A DNA stretch of 64,000 nt from Octopus sinensis (GCF_006345805.1 NC_042997.1:54932001-54996000); one strand, 5' to 3'. Positions 1-12,960 are shown, numbered from the stretch's first letter. Numbers and translations: made by a program. Notes: a model not told the origin generated them from the letters alone.

Positions 1-620
1 GGCTGCCTTCAATCTCCTCGACTCCAGTTGTAATCTTAACTCAGCCTTAACAAGCCTATTGTCAGTGCCCATGAAGCTAACACTCCAAAAAACTCTACAG
101 TCCAGCAGACTCCCCGGTGGTCGATCTTTACCGCATTATTGGAATTCCAAGTCCAGCGAAGCAACTCAAGAGCCAGAAATGCGAAATCTGTAGCTTTTGG
201 TAAAGTTCAAGAGTCCACCACTTTTGTTCGTAGTATTGGATCTAAGAGGGCCGACAACTCTCATACCCCGTTCTGTCAACGCCAGTTAAAACCTCTCATG
301 ACGAAGGACATGTCTCTGTTGGGAATACTTCCCATAACAGAGCACAACAGGGTGTAGAATGTCTCTTTCATCGAACTCTCACTCATAGAAGTCGGAGCAT
401 ACACTGAAACCAAGGAAACAAGTCCCAGAGATTGTCGAATCCTCAGCTGCATAATACACTCGTTGATAGATATTACATCTGATGCCATTGGAATCAGCTT
501 GTCAGTGATTGCAGTTACTATCCCCCCACTTACAGGTTAGTCTAGGAGAACGCACAAGTCTGTAATAGATGTCACTACTGGTTGAGATTTCGCTCCTCCC
601 TAGTCGACGCACCTCTAATA
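1..620 (-). pseudogene. Decayed RTE-clade LINE, APE endonuclease domain fragment
   Basis: Minus-strand translation gives 'IMQLRI...VSVYAPT...KETFY..L...GFN' (ORF 276..488) and, further 3', 'CRVF...TDNRLVKAELRL'. These match the YAPT, GDFN and DHRLV motifs of RTE APE endonucleases. Frame broken. Confidence 0.8.
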
Positions 621-1177
621 GGGCCGCCACAGCGGGTTTCTCTTTTGGTAGAGGTGTGATCGATGGTGTGTGTGTGTGTGAGGTGATAATTGGAAGGACA
701 AGAAAAGAGGAGAGCAGCAGTATAACAAATATAGGTAGACCATAAAATATGTAGATGATGTGAGGAATGAGAGAGAGGGGGGAAGAGAAAGAGTGAGAGA
801 GATGTCTATCGAAATTATGTAGGAGTGGCTATTGTGACTAGGAGACAAAGGTGGTAGGAGGCTGCCGACGGCAGCTATAATAGGGTGTTGAAAATGAAGC
901 AGTCAAGTGAGGGTGTTAAAATTAGGTTTGACATCCCTAAGATGAATTCCAGATGAAAGGGGAAGATAACTGGAGGCACAGAATTGGGTGATAAAGAAGG
1001 AAGGAATAATAGTGAGAATGGGAGATGGATTTTAAAAGGAAGTGGTTCAAGGAAGAGAGGACAGTGATGGTATAGCAGATGAATAGTGTCGTAGTTAGAA
1101 GATAAGCGGGTTGGATGTTAGCAAGATAAGAGGGGGAAAGCTTGTGTGGTGTAGATTGAGTACAAAGGCAGGACCCA

Positions 1178-1345
1178 ATGTATGCGGATGGATAATGGTG
1201 CATTTGCACCTAGCAGAGAATGCCTGAAAGAAGAGGATCTTCCCTATGTGGAGCAGGATCCAACAGCGGGACCAGCTATATAAATTGACAACAGTATGTT
1301 AGATAAAGCAATTAAATGTACGAAGGGAGGAAAAGTCCCTTGTCC
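1178..1345 (+). mobile_element. Short RTE LINE fragment, inverted homolog of 2818-2970
   Basis: 'MDNGAFA..REC.KEEDLPYVEQDPTAGPAI..DKAIK..K.GKVP' is the reverse complement counterpart of 2818-2970. Confidence 0.75.
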
Positions 1346-1419
1346 AACGTAATTCCTTTAGGAAAAGGACCGACGAGTCTCATCGAATACAACGAATCGC
1401 CAATCATGTCGGTCTTCTG

Positions 1420-3100
1420 TCAAATACTCCGTGGGGCCCACCATCCTGTCATCCTGCGTCTCTCTCTTCCACAGGTTTCATCTACATTTAGCAAACAATG
1501 CTTCTTCATGCAGTTTCTATACTTGTGCAGTCTTCTCTCTTGCATACTACATCTGTTTCCTCTTATGCTCAATTTTTCTCTCAACACATTTGCCCTTTGC
1601 TGTAGAAGCACACTGATGATGTACATCCAACGGAGCATTCTAGCTTCATTCCTTTTCTAGTCTTCGAGTATCCTCTTCATTCAGGACCTACGTTGTTTGT
1701 ACACAATCATCATAAAATATGTCCTTCATCTGGAGAGAAATACTTTTTGTTAGCAACAGAAGTAATATCTCTGAACTTTTCCCCTCCACTGCTCGGAACA
1801 TCAACCTCCACTGCTAATTCAGTAACTAATTAGCAACCTACCTACTACTTTTAGATTATCTCCTGGACACTTGAGAAAACCTGTTTCCCAAGTATTCTTT
1901 GTGCTTATTGCTTTTGTGAATCTGTCACGTATGAAGCTTACTTTCTCTGTTAACCTTCCACTGGTTCTACTGCATCTTGTGTTTGTTTATAGTTTGCACT
2001 GAGTACACCGTATGAAATTTCTACTTACAACTTTCCTACATATCAAACAGGGCCATTTTTCTCAAGGGAGTAGAGAAGCGTCTGTTTTTCTACTTACTAG
2101 AACTTTGGTCTGAGGTACGTTAACTTCAGGCCCTTTGGTTCGTGGTTTTACTTTCACATCTGGAATTTCTTGCCTATTTCTACTACAGATTCCACTCTAA
2201 GAACGAGGTCATCAGCATATAATCGTTCTTAAGGGCAACTGGTCTAAAATTCTTATGTTATGGTCTGGAGAACTAAAATGAATTGGAGGGGACTAAGAAC
2301 TGAGACCTGGTGAACTTCTATCAGTACGATAAAATCGTTACTGTAGTCGTTGTTACCCTCACCCTTACTATATTGATAGCATTCTTGTACATTACTTGCA
2401 TGGCTCACATAAGCTACTCGTCTACTCCTAGCTTCTTCAGGGATCACCATATCGTAGAGTTAGGATCCTGTTGAAGGCTTTCTCCAGGGCAAGTATGATA
2501 GCTTACTTTCAGCTAAATACTTTTGTAGCTGTCTTAGAAACATGGACATCAATACTACGTGTTCCTGATACAAAACCAAACTGCATCTCATCTAGCCTAA
2601 TTCTGTTCCTAATTAATTTGGGTTATAACTTTTTCCGTAACTTTATAATCTGATATAGCAATTCGATACCAAAGGCATCTCCTTTATCTTTATAAGAGTT
2701 GACAATAATGCTACTAAGTCAATCGTGAGGATAACAACTTTCTATACAACCTGTTTAACTATACAGGTGACTAAGCCAGACATAACTCCGCCAGATATCT
2801 CAGTGGTGATTCCTAATGGACCAGGGACTTTTCCTGCCTTCATACATTTTAATTGCTGTCGATTTATATAGCTGGTCCTTCTGTTGGATCCGGCTCCACG
2901 TAGGGGAGACCCTCTTTCTTCCCGGCACTCTCTGTTAAGTGCAAATGTACCGTTATCCATCTGCACACATTTCTCACCCACAACATCCAAATGCTCTCCG
3001 ATACACTGCCTGGCAGTCCAGAACACCTCAAGCTTTTGAACATTGGCAAACTTCTTACTTTTCACTCAGTTTTATTTAAAATCTCAAATCTAGCCTATTA
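1420..3100 (-). pseudogene. Decayed RTE-clade LINE ORF (reverse transcriptase and C-terminus)
   Basis: 'MKAGKVPGPLGITTE', 'VHQ.SVLSPL.FI.VL', YADDLV (revcomp of gaggtcatcagcata, ~2205-2219) and the RTE C-terminal 'MLRWM...REKL.IRG.RCS.QERRL'. Many stops and frameshifts. Confidence 0.88.
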
Positions 3101-4213
3101 CAAAAACTAAGTTCTTTCTCGCACAGCCCCACTTTTGCAAGCATTTGAATAATTTCTCAGGTCTGTGGATTAATATTTTGATGTTCTGCCTCTTACGACG
3201 TAGTTCTTACGACGTAGTTTTCTTCTGAATAAAAGCCATCAGAAAAAAAAAAACAAGAAAAGATCCCCAGCAAAATTTGCTATATTTTTCGATATTATTG
3301 ATAACACTTTTAACTTTTAGGAGAAAAAAAAAAAATTGATTTAAGGGAAATAACTCTCAAGTTACTATATTGACTAGTCTCCCTTGTAGTACATAATCTT
3401 ACACTAATTTCTAGCAAAATTATTACTAGTTTGGAGGTAATTGTTAATTTATGATTAATATATTTTAATTATTTTGAATGCAAGAAATACCCAACATGAG
3501 TAAAATCTGCAGGCGTTGTTTAAATTGGACCGGAATTGTAAAAAAAAAAGTTTAAATACATTTTATAAACATACGAAACGTTCATAAAGATAACTAGGTT
3601 TTTCAGAAACATGACAGCGTAATCTTCTACTATAATAATACTATTGTACTTTTCTCTATCACAACATATGAATAAGAAGGGAAGGGGTGATAGATGAATA
3701 AGGAAGGAAGGGGTGATGGCATACTTGGTAGTGGGATGATGGAAGTTCTACGGTGAAAAAAAAATCAAACTGCGTTTCAACTCTGCGTGAGTATATTTGT
3801 GTGTGTAAAAGGAAGTCATGTGAATGTTTGTGTTTGTGTTTGTGTGTGTGTGTGTGCTCGCGCGCACGTGTTATGGAAGTAGGATGGTGAACATTCAATG
3901 CTGAAAAGAAAAATCAAACAGCGTTTCAAATGTGTGAGTATATGTGTGTATGTGTGTGCGTGCACAAGGGAAGTATGTAAATGTTTGTATCTGTGATTAT
4001 TATGCACCTCATTTTGTACCTTGTTTATATATAAAATACTGTACCTTTTTTATATTTAAAAAACTACAATTAGCCGTCAGCTAGTAATTTGATATTCTAA
4101 GAGTCACATTGACTGAGTAAAGAAAATGTCGGTCCCAAGCTAATGGCGAAAGCTTCGTACACTGGCGCTTCCCGTGTTTTTGAACTGAGGATAAAAAAGT
4201 TCAACAAAAAAAA

Positions 4214-4320
4214 TACCTACCTACCAACCTACCTACTAACCTACCAACCTACCTACCTACCTACCTACCTACCTACCTACCTACCTACCTACCTACCTAC
4301 CTATCTATTTATCTATCTAC

Positions 4321-4372
<52 letters not shown>
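4214..4372. repeat. (CCTA)n/(CTAT)n tetranucleotide microsatellite
   Basis: Directly visible. Confidence 0.95.
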
Positions 4373-4373
<1 letters not shown>

Positions 4374-5255
4374 AAATCGACGAGCTCGGGGCGAACCTGG
4401 GCGTCGACGAGGAATACCTCACTCGCCTGTTCAGGACGACTTTCGGGCCAGGACCTATGGACAACTTCCAGAGATCCTTGGCCAGGCAGTGCTACCGAGA
4501 AGCGCTACCTGTTCGGGATAAGCTCTACAGACACGGCTCGAGAAACACGGGGCCGACCTGACGGAGATGCGGTCAGAGCGACGAAACCGTTCTGCACGCA
4601 CTCGTGCAGTGTCCAACCATTTCCGACCTGTGGGCTGCTGTCACGTGTGGGACGAGTCGGTTTATCAGCCGAATCTATCGTAAATATCGTCACGCCTTCT
4701 TCCTTCAAACGGGAAGGAAGAGCTATTTTCATCAAACTTGTGGCTATGGCGAAAGAATGTATCTGGTGGACGTGTCTGAAAGGATTAGAGACAAACACTT
4801 TCCTCTCTGGTCAATCTCTCATCAACTTCTTCAAGTATCACTTGAAAAGGAAAGTGAGAATAGATAGGCAAGTTTTGTCTAGCGAATGTTTCGAAAAAAG
4901 AAGGTTGAATGTAGCAAGGGTGGCACGTAAACATAATCCTATGAACCTGGAAAAATTTAAAACAGAGAGTTACTTACTTGCAAATAAATGTGTTAACATG
5001 TGACATTATTGACCGAGGTTACCGTGGTATTTTCCGTAGGCTTTTCTTTCCACGAATAAACCTTATCTGCTTCCCCTTTTACACTTTACATCATGACATT
5101 TCTGTGATACACGATCCCTATTGATCGTTTTTTTTTACGATCCCTTTTGATCGAAAACCTACCCGACTTTTTTTTCTCTCCAAAAAGAAAAGCTCTACTT
5201 TGTAATTTGTCCCGTCTGTGTGCAGCCCTGTGTGGTTAATAAAGAAACATATAAA
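4373..5255 (+). mobile_element. 5'-truncated Tx1/L1-clade LINE 3' end (zf-RVT region plus 3' UTR)
   Basis: Frame reads 'REALPVRDKLYRHGS...(C)RRCGQSDETVLHALVQCP.I.DLW', the CxxC..ET..H...C zinc-binding motif after L1/Tx1 RT. GC-rich relative to flanks; ends with aataaa near 5240. Confidence 0.8.
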
Positions 5256-5560
5256 TGATGATTTCTTCAAAGAACAGTTATGCTGCTTTACGTTTTGAGA
5301 TCGACTTAATGTTCTGCTATCTCGTCTTTAATTTCTATCTCTCTTTCTCTCTTTTAAGTAAATCATTTCCTTTCTCATGCCTTTAATTCCCATCTAACTT
5401 TTATCTTTCATATTACTCATATTTTCTCTTTATATATTCATACTAAACATTGGTAGAAATTTACAAAGAACTAAATTAGCACTTATTTTCAGTTGTGTAT
5501 ACTGATTGGAGCAATATCTTGCTTAAGGTCATAACGTACTGCTTTTTTAAAATTTTGTTC

Positions 5561-5829
5561 CTTCTCGAGTCATGCCTGGCTCATAAGGGCCGGTTTCCCC
5601 ACCTGGACGGGATGCCGGTCCGTCTCAGGTGAGCTGCAAGATGCAGGAGGAAAGAGTGAGAGAAAGTTGTGGCGAAAGAGTCAGCGGAAGTTCGTCATTA
5701 CCTTCTGCCGGAGCCGTGTGGAGCTTAGGTGTTTCGCTCATAAACACACACATCGCCCGGTCTGAGATTCGAACCCGCGATCCCTCCACCGCGAGTCCGC
5801 TGCTCTAACCACTAGGTCATGTGCCTCCA
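5561..5829 (-). mobile_element. tRNA-derived SINE (family B variant)
   Basis: Minus-strand head tggaggcacatgacctagtggttagagcagcggactcgcgg...gggttcgaatctc with pol III A and B boxes; homologous to 62805-63190 and 20680-20928. Confidence 0.85.
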
Positions 5830-6423
5830 TGCTGGCAGTTGAGGATACAGAGAACCAGAACAACTACTACAAGTAATTCTGTCCTATGTCTCAACGGCTC
5901 CATCGATTTGTAGCCTTAAATGCTATTTAGAAGATACTCATTGAAAAATTGGAAAGCTATATCAGAATTAATAGACATTTAATAAGATTCATAATAGCGT
6001 TCACTTAGTTGCTTATAATGCCCTCTCGCTTTGATCTGTTATGTCATCAAATACGTTTCTTCACTGAGACAAAATTTGTATAAATGTTCTGGATGTTTTA
6101 GTAGAGTTTAATTTAAGTGGCTGACAACTTTCATTCTTATGAGTGAAAATTGTCTTCTTCATATTCTGGAATAAAAAAATTAAGAGAAAAATAATTATAC
6201 TTCGAACAGAATTCTCCGTCGGTGAAAATACGCCAGAACCCTAACATGCTTTAATTTCTTGTTTTTATTTATTTATGAATTTATTACTTTTTTTTTGTAA
6301 TTATTGAAATGACACTTGCTGTAAATTCAAGAAATAAAACAATTTGTCAAGAATGTAACAAACAAATCCAAAAGATTTATTATACAACATTATATCGCTA
6401 ACAGAAAAAAAAAAAGCAAAATG

Positions 6424-6456
<33 letters not shown>

Positions 6457-6669
6457 AACACAATCTACTCTGTTTAATAGCACATAATCCGAAGCTTTGT
6501 ATTTGATTTATGAAGCCAGTGCTAGCTGATGGATGGGTCAAATTGTTAGAGTATTAGAGAAAGTGCCTTGCAATATTCGTTCCAACTTTCTATTCTCTGT
6601 ATTCAAGTTCCACTGAACACAGTTTTACTTTTCATTCTTATGGTGTTTGGCTTTTCGTTCTTTTGCTAT

Positions 6670-7052
6670 AGACACAAGGCCGGAAATTTTTTGGGGAAGG
6701 GGTCAATCGATTACATTGATACCAGGACTCAACTGGTATTTCTTTTATCGACTCTGAAAGGATGGAAAGTAAAATCGACCTTGGCGGAATTTGAACTCAG
6801 AACGTAGACAGACGAAGTACCTATTTCTTTACTACCCACAAGGGGCTAAATGCAGAGAGGACAAACAAGGACAGACAAACGGATTAAGTCGATTGTATCG
6901 ACCCCAGTGCGTAACTGGTACTTAATTTATCGACCCCGAAAAGATGAAAGGCAAAGTCGACCTTGGCGGAATTTGAACTCAGAACGTAAAGACGGACGAA
7001 GCACCGCTAAGCATTTTGTCCGGCGTGCTAACGATTCTGTCAACTCGTCGCT
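6670..7052 (-). mobile_element. Two tandem SINE family A copies
   Basis: Two cores 'cgaccccgaaaggatgaaaggcaaagtcgacc..ggcggaatttgaactcagaacgta', matching 41202-41434. Confidence 0.85.
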
Positions 7053-7473
7053 AAATCGTATCTGTAAATCAAACACTTAATCTTTTCACATGGTAACACG
7101 CTGATTCTGTCAGCAAATTACTGTGGGATATCCAGCCGCTGATACGTTAATTTCACAAATAGTTAAGATTGACAGAGAATCCACCATGCATCTGCAAGAC
7201 AAAACACACACACATTTTAAAGTTCCTTAGAATTATTTCCCTTGTTCTAAAAGTTTCTATCTGCTACATATTTTATTAAAACTGTGCTGTAATTTGAACT
7301 AAATTTTTCAAAATTAATCTACCAGTCGCAAAATATGTTTTAATGGTGATTGTTGTGACAATGGGGATTTTAAAATTATTTTAGTCGTTTATACAAAGAT
7401 CACGTTTCCTTCAAAAGAGGGAAGTGTCTAGTCAATTTACCTTAGTATGTTGCTGGTTGATATATTCATAGTG

Positions 7474-7717
7474 AAGGCGCATGGCTCAGTGGTTAGAGCG
7501 TCGAGCTTACGATCGTGAGGTTGTGAGTTCGAATCCGGAACCGGGCTGCGTGTTGTGTTGTGTTCTTGAGCAAGACACTTTATTTCACGTTGCTCCAGTT
7601 CACTCAGCTGTAGACGTAGAGAGGGGAGGCCGGTATGCATGGGCAACTGCTGGTCTTCCATAAACAACCTTGTCCGGACTTGTGCCTGGGAGGGTAACTT
7701 TCTAGGTGCAATCCCAT
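7474..7717 (+). mobile_element. tRNA-derived SINE (family B)
   Basis: gaaggcgcatggctcagtggttagagcg (A box)...gagttcgaatcc (B box), followed by the CORE-like 'cttgagcaagacactttatttcac'. Confidence 0.85.
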
Positions 7718-7819
7718 CGACCCCCAAACAATAAAAGATAAAGTCGACCACCGTAGGGTTTAAATTAAAAGCGAATGCTAGATGTCTAATCGTTTCTAAT
7801 AATTCACCCCACCATTTGT

Positions 7820-8361
7820 GAGTTGACAGAATCGCTAGTACACCGGACAATTTCGTCCTCATCACGCTCCGAATTTAAATTCAGTCGAGGGCGATGAAAT
7901 AAGTACCAGATGTGCACTGGGGTGGATGTAATCGACTTATCCACACTCTCCGAAAGTGTTGGCGTTTTGCCAAAATTTGAAATTATTATCAATATTATTA
8001 TGGACCGAGAGTAGTGCATGCCATCAAAGTGATATTGGGGTACAAATATACAAAGCTAAATATACCCATCATGACTACTCGTCTGATAAGGGTACACCAG
8101 GTACATACATAGCAACCGCTAAAATTGCGAGCCTTGTGTCAAAATTTGAAATCAAAGGCGGTGAGCTAGCAGAATCGTTACTGCGCCAGACAAAAAGCTT
8201 ATACCATCTCCTCTGGCTTTGCGTTCTGAGTTCAACCGAGGTCGACTTTGCCTTTCATCCTTTCGAGGTTGATAAAATAAGTAACAATTGTGCATCTAGG
8301 TTGATGTAAGCGATACCTCCCCTCTCTCGAAATTTCAGGCCTTGTGCCTATAGTAGAAAAG

Positions 8362-8365
<4 letters not shown>
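7820..8365 (+). mobile_element. Two decayed SINE family A copies, followed by (ATT)n at 8362-8420
   Basis: ggcggtgagctagcagaatcgtta...gtcgactttgcctttcatcctttcgaggttgataaaataagta; an earlier degenerate copy lies at 7820-7990. Confidence 0.75.
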
Positions 8366-8420
<55 letters not shown>

Positions 8421-8464
8421 CCTTAGTGTGTGTGTTTGCATGTGTGTGTATATGTCAGCTTGCT

Positions 8465-8495
<31 letters not shown>

Positions 8496-9149
8496 CTTTA
8501 TTATATCATCGCTGAACTATACTGTCGTTAGCCACAAACCTTCAAAGGGGAAATTACTAGTTTTCAGCACTAGTTTATATATTCTCCAGAGCGTTGAATA
8601 TATTCAAGAAGGATTCCTTAACCACACACATAGTTCAAGAAGAAAACTGGACACAGTGTTCCGTGTGATGAGAATCTTCATTAGCACTAATATACACGCA
8701 TCATTTAGTCTCATAATCCTGAGATATACGTGGCAGGTCAGAACATTGGTTTGGTTAGTTTCAAGAGTATCTTCTATTGGCAGGGTTTCAGAAGATTACT
8801 GGTATTTCTGTCATCAATTCTGATAGAATGAAAAACAAAATCAATTCCAGTGAGATTTGAATTTTGTCGTTGAGAGATGGAACAAAATATTAGTATCTTT
8901 AAACCACATAGTTGTAGGACTGAATTTTCGACTCGAAAGAAGTAAATCAAAACACTGTTTGAATGAAGAAGAGAGTGGAATGAAGTACGTTAATTTAAGG
9001 CTTATAAATGAGTAGGAACAACCGATTAGATTATTAGATCTACCTCTCCTCACCAGTATATGACTGGTACTTTATTTTATCGACTTCAGAAATATGAAAA
9101 GTAGAGTCGTTCCCGACAGGATTTGAATACAGAACGTAAAATGACGGTT

Positions 9150-10000
9150 CTCATTATACCCTGTCGTTGATTTCTATCAGTGGAGCATAACTACAGACAT
9201 GTGAGATCCAGATTATAACACTGATGGAACATCACCAGGAGATAGGCTTAAAAAAAGTTCAGTAACTCCTTCAAGTTTGCAAGCGTAAAAATAAAGATAT
9301 AGTTAGGATAGCTAATGAACTTGAGGAAAGATATGGAATAAAGTGTGATACAGATCTCTTGCACATAAACGGCAAGGAAGCACACCTTCTTGTGTACTAA
9401 AAACATACTTAATATTACAACCCCCACCCCCAAAAAACCTCCCAAAATTGTTCTCTGAAAAGTTTGTTCATGAGTACTTGAAAAGGAAAATACAGACCAT
9501 AAAGGAAATAAAACCACACTAAAACTTGATATGGAGTACCGAGATGTGTATATCATCTCACCTTGAAGAAAATGTCCATGCAATCCAGGAGCAAAAAATC
9601 TTCACTAAGGACCTTTTACACAGAATGTCAGAAAGCACCAGCTGACAAGTGTAGGCTGAGCAAATCCAAAATCGAAAACTTTTGTTATCTATTTATCAAC
9701 TATGAGGGAATTTTTATTTAGATGCTACCATTCCATAAAGCGTAATGTGATACCAGAAAAACCTAGAATAGAGTAAGAAAAATAGAAACCAGTAACAAAT
9801 GAAGACCATCCTGAGAATGATAAATCAAAAGAATATTGGTGGTACTTAAAAACAAAACACCAATAACTAAATTAAAAGAAAGTCGACCTGCAATTGTTCG
9901 GGACAACATGTTCTGCATTGAAAGTGAACTGCCCTCTTTACATCAACGTAGTTAAAAAAATCAGGAGAAAGAAGGCATGTTAGGCCATTGAAGAGGAGTA
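9150..10000 (+). pseudogene. Possible highly decayed R4-like (restriction-endonuclease) non-LTR element C-terminus
   Basis: Broken frames suggest 'EYWW....T', 'RP.IV..D', 'EVxCP...N..KIREKE' patterns; very degenerate. Confidence 0.35.
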
Positions 10001-10084
10001 TCTGTAATTCTAGTACCACAAATACAATTCAGCTTTTTACCCATTATTATTGGAGTGACAAGATCGACCTATCTGGTCGAAATA

Positions 10085-10304
10085 TACGAGGAGGTGATGA
10101 AAAGTTCCTGCCTTTCAGGGTACCACGAAAGGCCTCGTTGAAAGCCAAACCTTTCAAATTCTTTTACAGGGCTTAGAAAAACTGAAAAGCAGTTGCAATA
10201 AGTGTGTGAACCCGCAAGGGGAGTATGTTGAACATTATCATAATTAACTGATCCTCATGTATTTTTTTTTACCCAAAGTATGAAACATTTTAGCACTCCC
10301 TTGA
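10085..10304 (+). mobile_element. Internally deleted mariner-derived MITE
   Basis: Imperfect TIRs (tacgaggaggtgatgaaaagttcc / aaacattttagcactcccttg) and the mariner C-terminus 'GLEKL....KCV...GEYVE'. Confidence 0.7.
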
Positions 10305-10428
10305 AACAAAACTTAGTTTCTTGGGGAAGGAACGTAGCTCTATTAATCATATGCACCAGTATGGCCTTAGCTGTGATGGGTAAAAGATAAGGAGCTAATA
10401 TATACACACACACCACACACACACACAG

Positions 10429-10671
10429 AGTAATCCCTCGACTATCGCGGGTGTTACATTCCAAAACTCGTCGCGATAGGTGAAAATGTGCGAAGTAGAA
10501 ACAGTATTGTACTGTATATTTTATTATTATTATTTTTATAATGTGTATATATTTGTTTTATTATAAATGCAAAAAAAAACAAAAAAAACCCCCAAAACGC
10601 AATAGAAGAATCGACGTAATCTTAAATAATAAACCTCGATAGGTTAACCGCAATATGGCGAAGGATTACTG
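10429..10671. mobile_element. Tigger/Pogo-type MITE
   Basis: TIRs agtaatccctcgactatcgcgg / ccgcaatatggcgaaggattactg, followed by TA. Confidence 0.75.
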
Positions 10672-10954
10672 TATATATAATGCACTGTTCCCTGATAGAA
10701 AATTCAACAAAAAAAAAAAGTACTCCATCTGGTGAGAAATAAATGTTATTTATTTAAAGGGCATCAATATGAAACTATTAGCAATACTTAAAGACGTATT
10801 GTGCCCTTAGCATGAAGTTTTGTCAGTGAACAGGTCGCGGTTTCAAAGCGACGAAAATATTTTGACACAAATTTAAATGTTGCAGTGAATCTAACGGTTT
10901 TTTGTGTGTTATTAAATGGCTTATAAACATCCTCCATGTTGCAATTATATATAT

Positions 10955-11344
10955 ACTAGCAGTATCGCCCGGCGTTGCTCGGGTTTGTTTCGACCCGCTG
11001 GAATTGGAATTCTTGAAAAGTAAAAATTTTGCATTATGTAGCTTGTTATTCTCTTCAAGTGAACATTTTTCTGGTTGAAATACACCGAAAAGTGGCGACA
11101 CAGCAGTGAAAAAAATCGTAAAAAATAGGGATTTTCATAGAAAAAAGCACCTTTTTGATGTAAATAATTTTTGGTGTTAACATGGTCCGATTTGAATTTT
11201 ATCTTCTACGGAAGGAAGAGCAACCCTTCTATCATATTCTCAACTTTGGTCAACTTGTGCCGCAGGGTCTCAGAGGAGATAGTGTTAGTTGAAGGCTACC
11301 AAACCTGGCGCACACAGACAACTTCAGCTTTATATATAGAGAGA
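10955..11344 (-). mobile_element. Non-autonomous Helitron (about 390 bp)
   Basis: On the minus strand it begins TC(tctatatataaagctgaagttgtctg) and ends with the GC hairpin cccgagcaacgccggg followed by CTAGT, the classic Helitron termini. Confidence 0.75.
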
Positions 11345-11456
11345 TAACACACACACATTAATACACATACATACACACACATCTATGTATGTATGGATGT
11401 ATGTATGTATACATGTACATCTGCCCACTTCTTGCCATATTTTTATCCTTCACTTC

Positions 11457-11527
<71 letters not shown>

Positions 11528-11689
11528 CACACACACAGACACACACACACACACACACGCACGCACACACACACACACACACACCTTCTTAGCTTACAAT
11601 TTTCTTTCAACAATTGACACTGTCATATATGTATATCTTTGCGTGTCTATGTGTGTAAAGAGAAAGTGTGCTAGTAGGCGGAGTAAAGC

Positions 11690-12105
11690 TTTTGAAGTGA
11701 GAGAGGTAAATCGTAAAATATTGAGTTTTTTCAAATTTTTGCTTAATTGGGGGTCAAATTGAAAGAAATTTATATGCCATGACCGAATAGAATGTACTTC
11801 GAAAAATCATAGGTAACTTCCAATTGAAGAAATTGTGTGAGGAGTAAATTGTTATGTATTTATTTGTTTCTGTTTGCTCTGTATTTTTTTTGAGTTGTAG
11901 TTTAAGGTACACTTGCAAAGAGAAAGTAGGAGAAAGTATGGTAATAGCAGGAGTGAAGCAGTTGAAATTAGAGAGGCAAATCGTAAAATATTTACTTTTC
12001 TCGAATTTTTGCTTAATTGGGGGTCAAATTGAAAAACTTTATATGCCATGACCCAATCAAATCTACTTCGAAAAATCATAGGTAAATTCTAATTGAAGAA
12101 ATTCT
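11690..12105. repeat. Diverged direct duplication (about 135-bp block, about 270-bp spacing)
   Basis: gagaggtaaatcgtaaaata...ttttgcttaattgggggtcaaattgaaa...cttcgaaaaatcataggtaa occurs at ~11700 and ~11970. Confidence 0.85.
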
Positions 12106-12180
12106 ATATTGTAGAATTGTATTAAAAAGGAACATGGGAACAGGCAGAGAAAATCTGCCTTTTATCATAAGAAGATATAT

Positions 12181-12228
<48 letters not shown>

Positions 12229-12288
12229 ATATATATCTGGAGGAAGTAAACGTTTAAATGAAACATATATCTTCACATATATATATAT

Positions 12289-12960
12289 CTTAGCAAACAT
12301 ATTCTGTCTGTTTTGCTAGAAAGAGGTAGAAACTGATCAGTCCGGGATGTATGGTTATTGGTAAATGTTTTTGATTTTCACTCTCGATTAATTTATCCCT
12401 TTTTTGTGTCCCTAGCACTTGGCATCCTTATTTAGGAGTCCTTAATTATATTTCTATATGAATAATATTTTGTCTAATGACTAATTCGTCCTTTGTGCTG
12501 GGCCACTGGTAGTAATCTATATTATTACCCTCTTGATTATATTCACATACTACTTGATAGATTTATTCGTAAAATTTTTTCCCGGCATGCCCTATATCGC
12601 CGGGTAGATTTTGCGTCTGCGCAGAGATTTGAAAAGTTAGATCAACACATGGTCTAACGCGCTGCGCATCTCGATTTAACTTAGGCGTCTCGCTGATGAA
12701 ACCGGCCTTAGCAAACATATTCTGTCTGTTTTGCTAGAAAGAGGTAGAAACGGATCAGTCCGGGATGTATGGTTATTGGTAAATGTTTTTGATTTTCACT
12801 CTCGATAAATTTATCCCTTTTTTGTGTCCCTAGCACTTGGCATCCTTATTTAGGAGCCCTTAATTATATTTCTATATGAATAATATTTTGTCTAATGACT
12901 AATTCGTCCTTTGTGCTGGGCCACTGGTAGTAATCTATATTATTACCCTTTTGATTATAT
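12289..12960 (+). mobile_element. 418-bp-period partial tandem repeat (retrozyme or PLE pseudo-LTR type) in a (TA)n tract
   Basis: 12289-12542 is repeated almost exactly at 12707-12960; it contains a hammerhead and is flanked by TA-rich microsatellite. Confidence 0.85.
12686..12767 (+). ncRNA. Type I hammerhead ribozyme motif
   Basis: Stem I cgtctcg / cgggatg; core CTGATGA (12693-99); stem II acc..tagcaaa..tttgcta..ggt; GAAA (12747-50); stem III AC-GGATCA-GT; GUC site ending at 12760. The upstream copy has the perfect palindrome ACTGATCAGT at about 12332-12341. Confidence 0.75.

Noticed and set aside
4143-5003. 286-aa ORF as a host gene
   Set aside because: Chance fusion of a microsatellite with a frameshifted Tx1 LINE 3' end.
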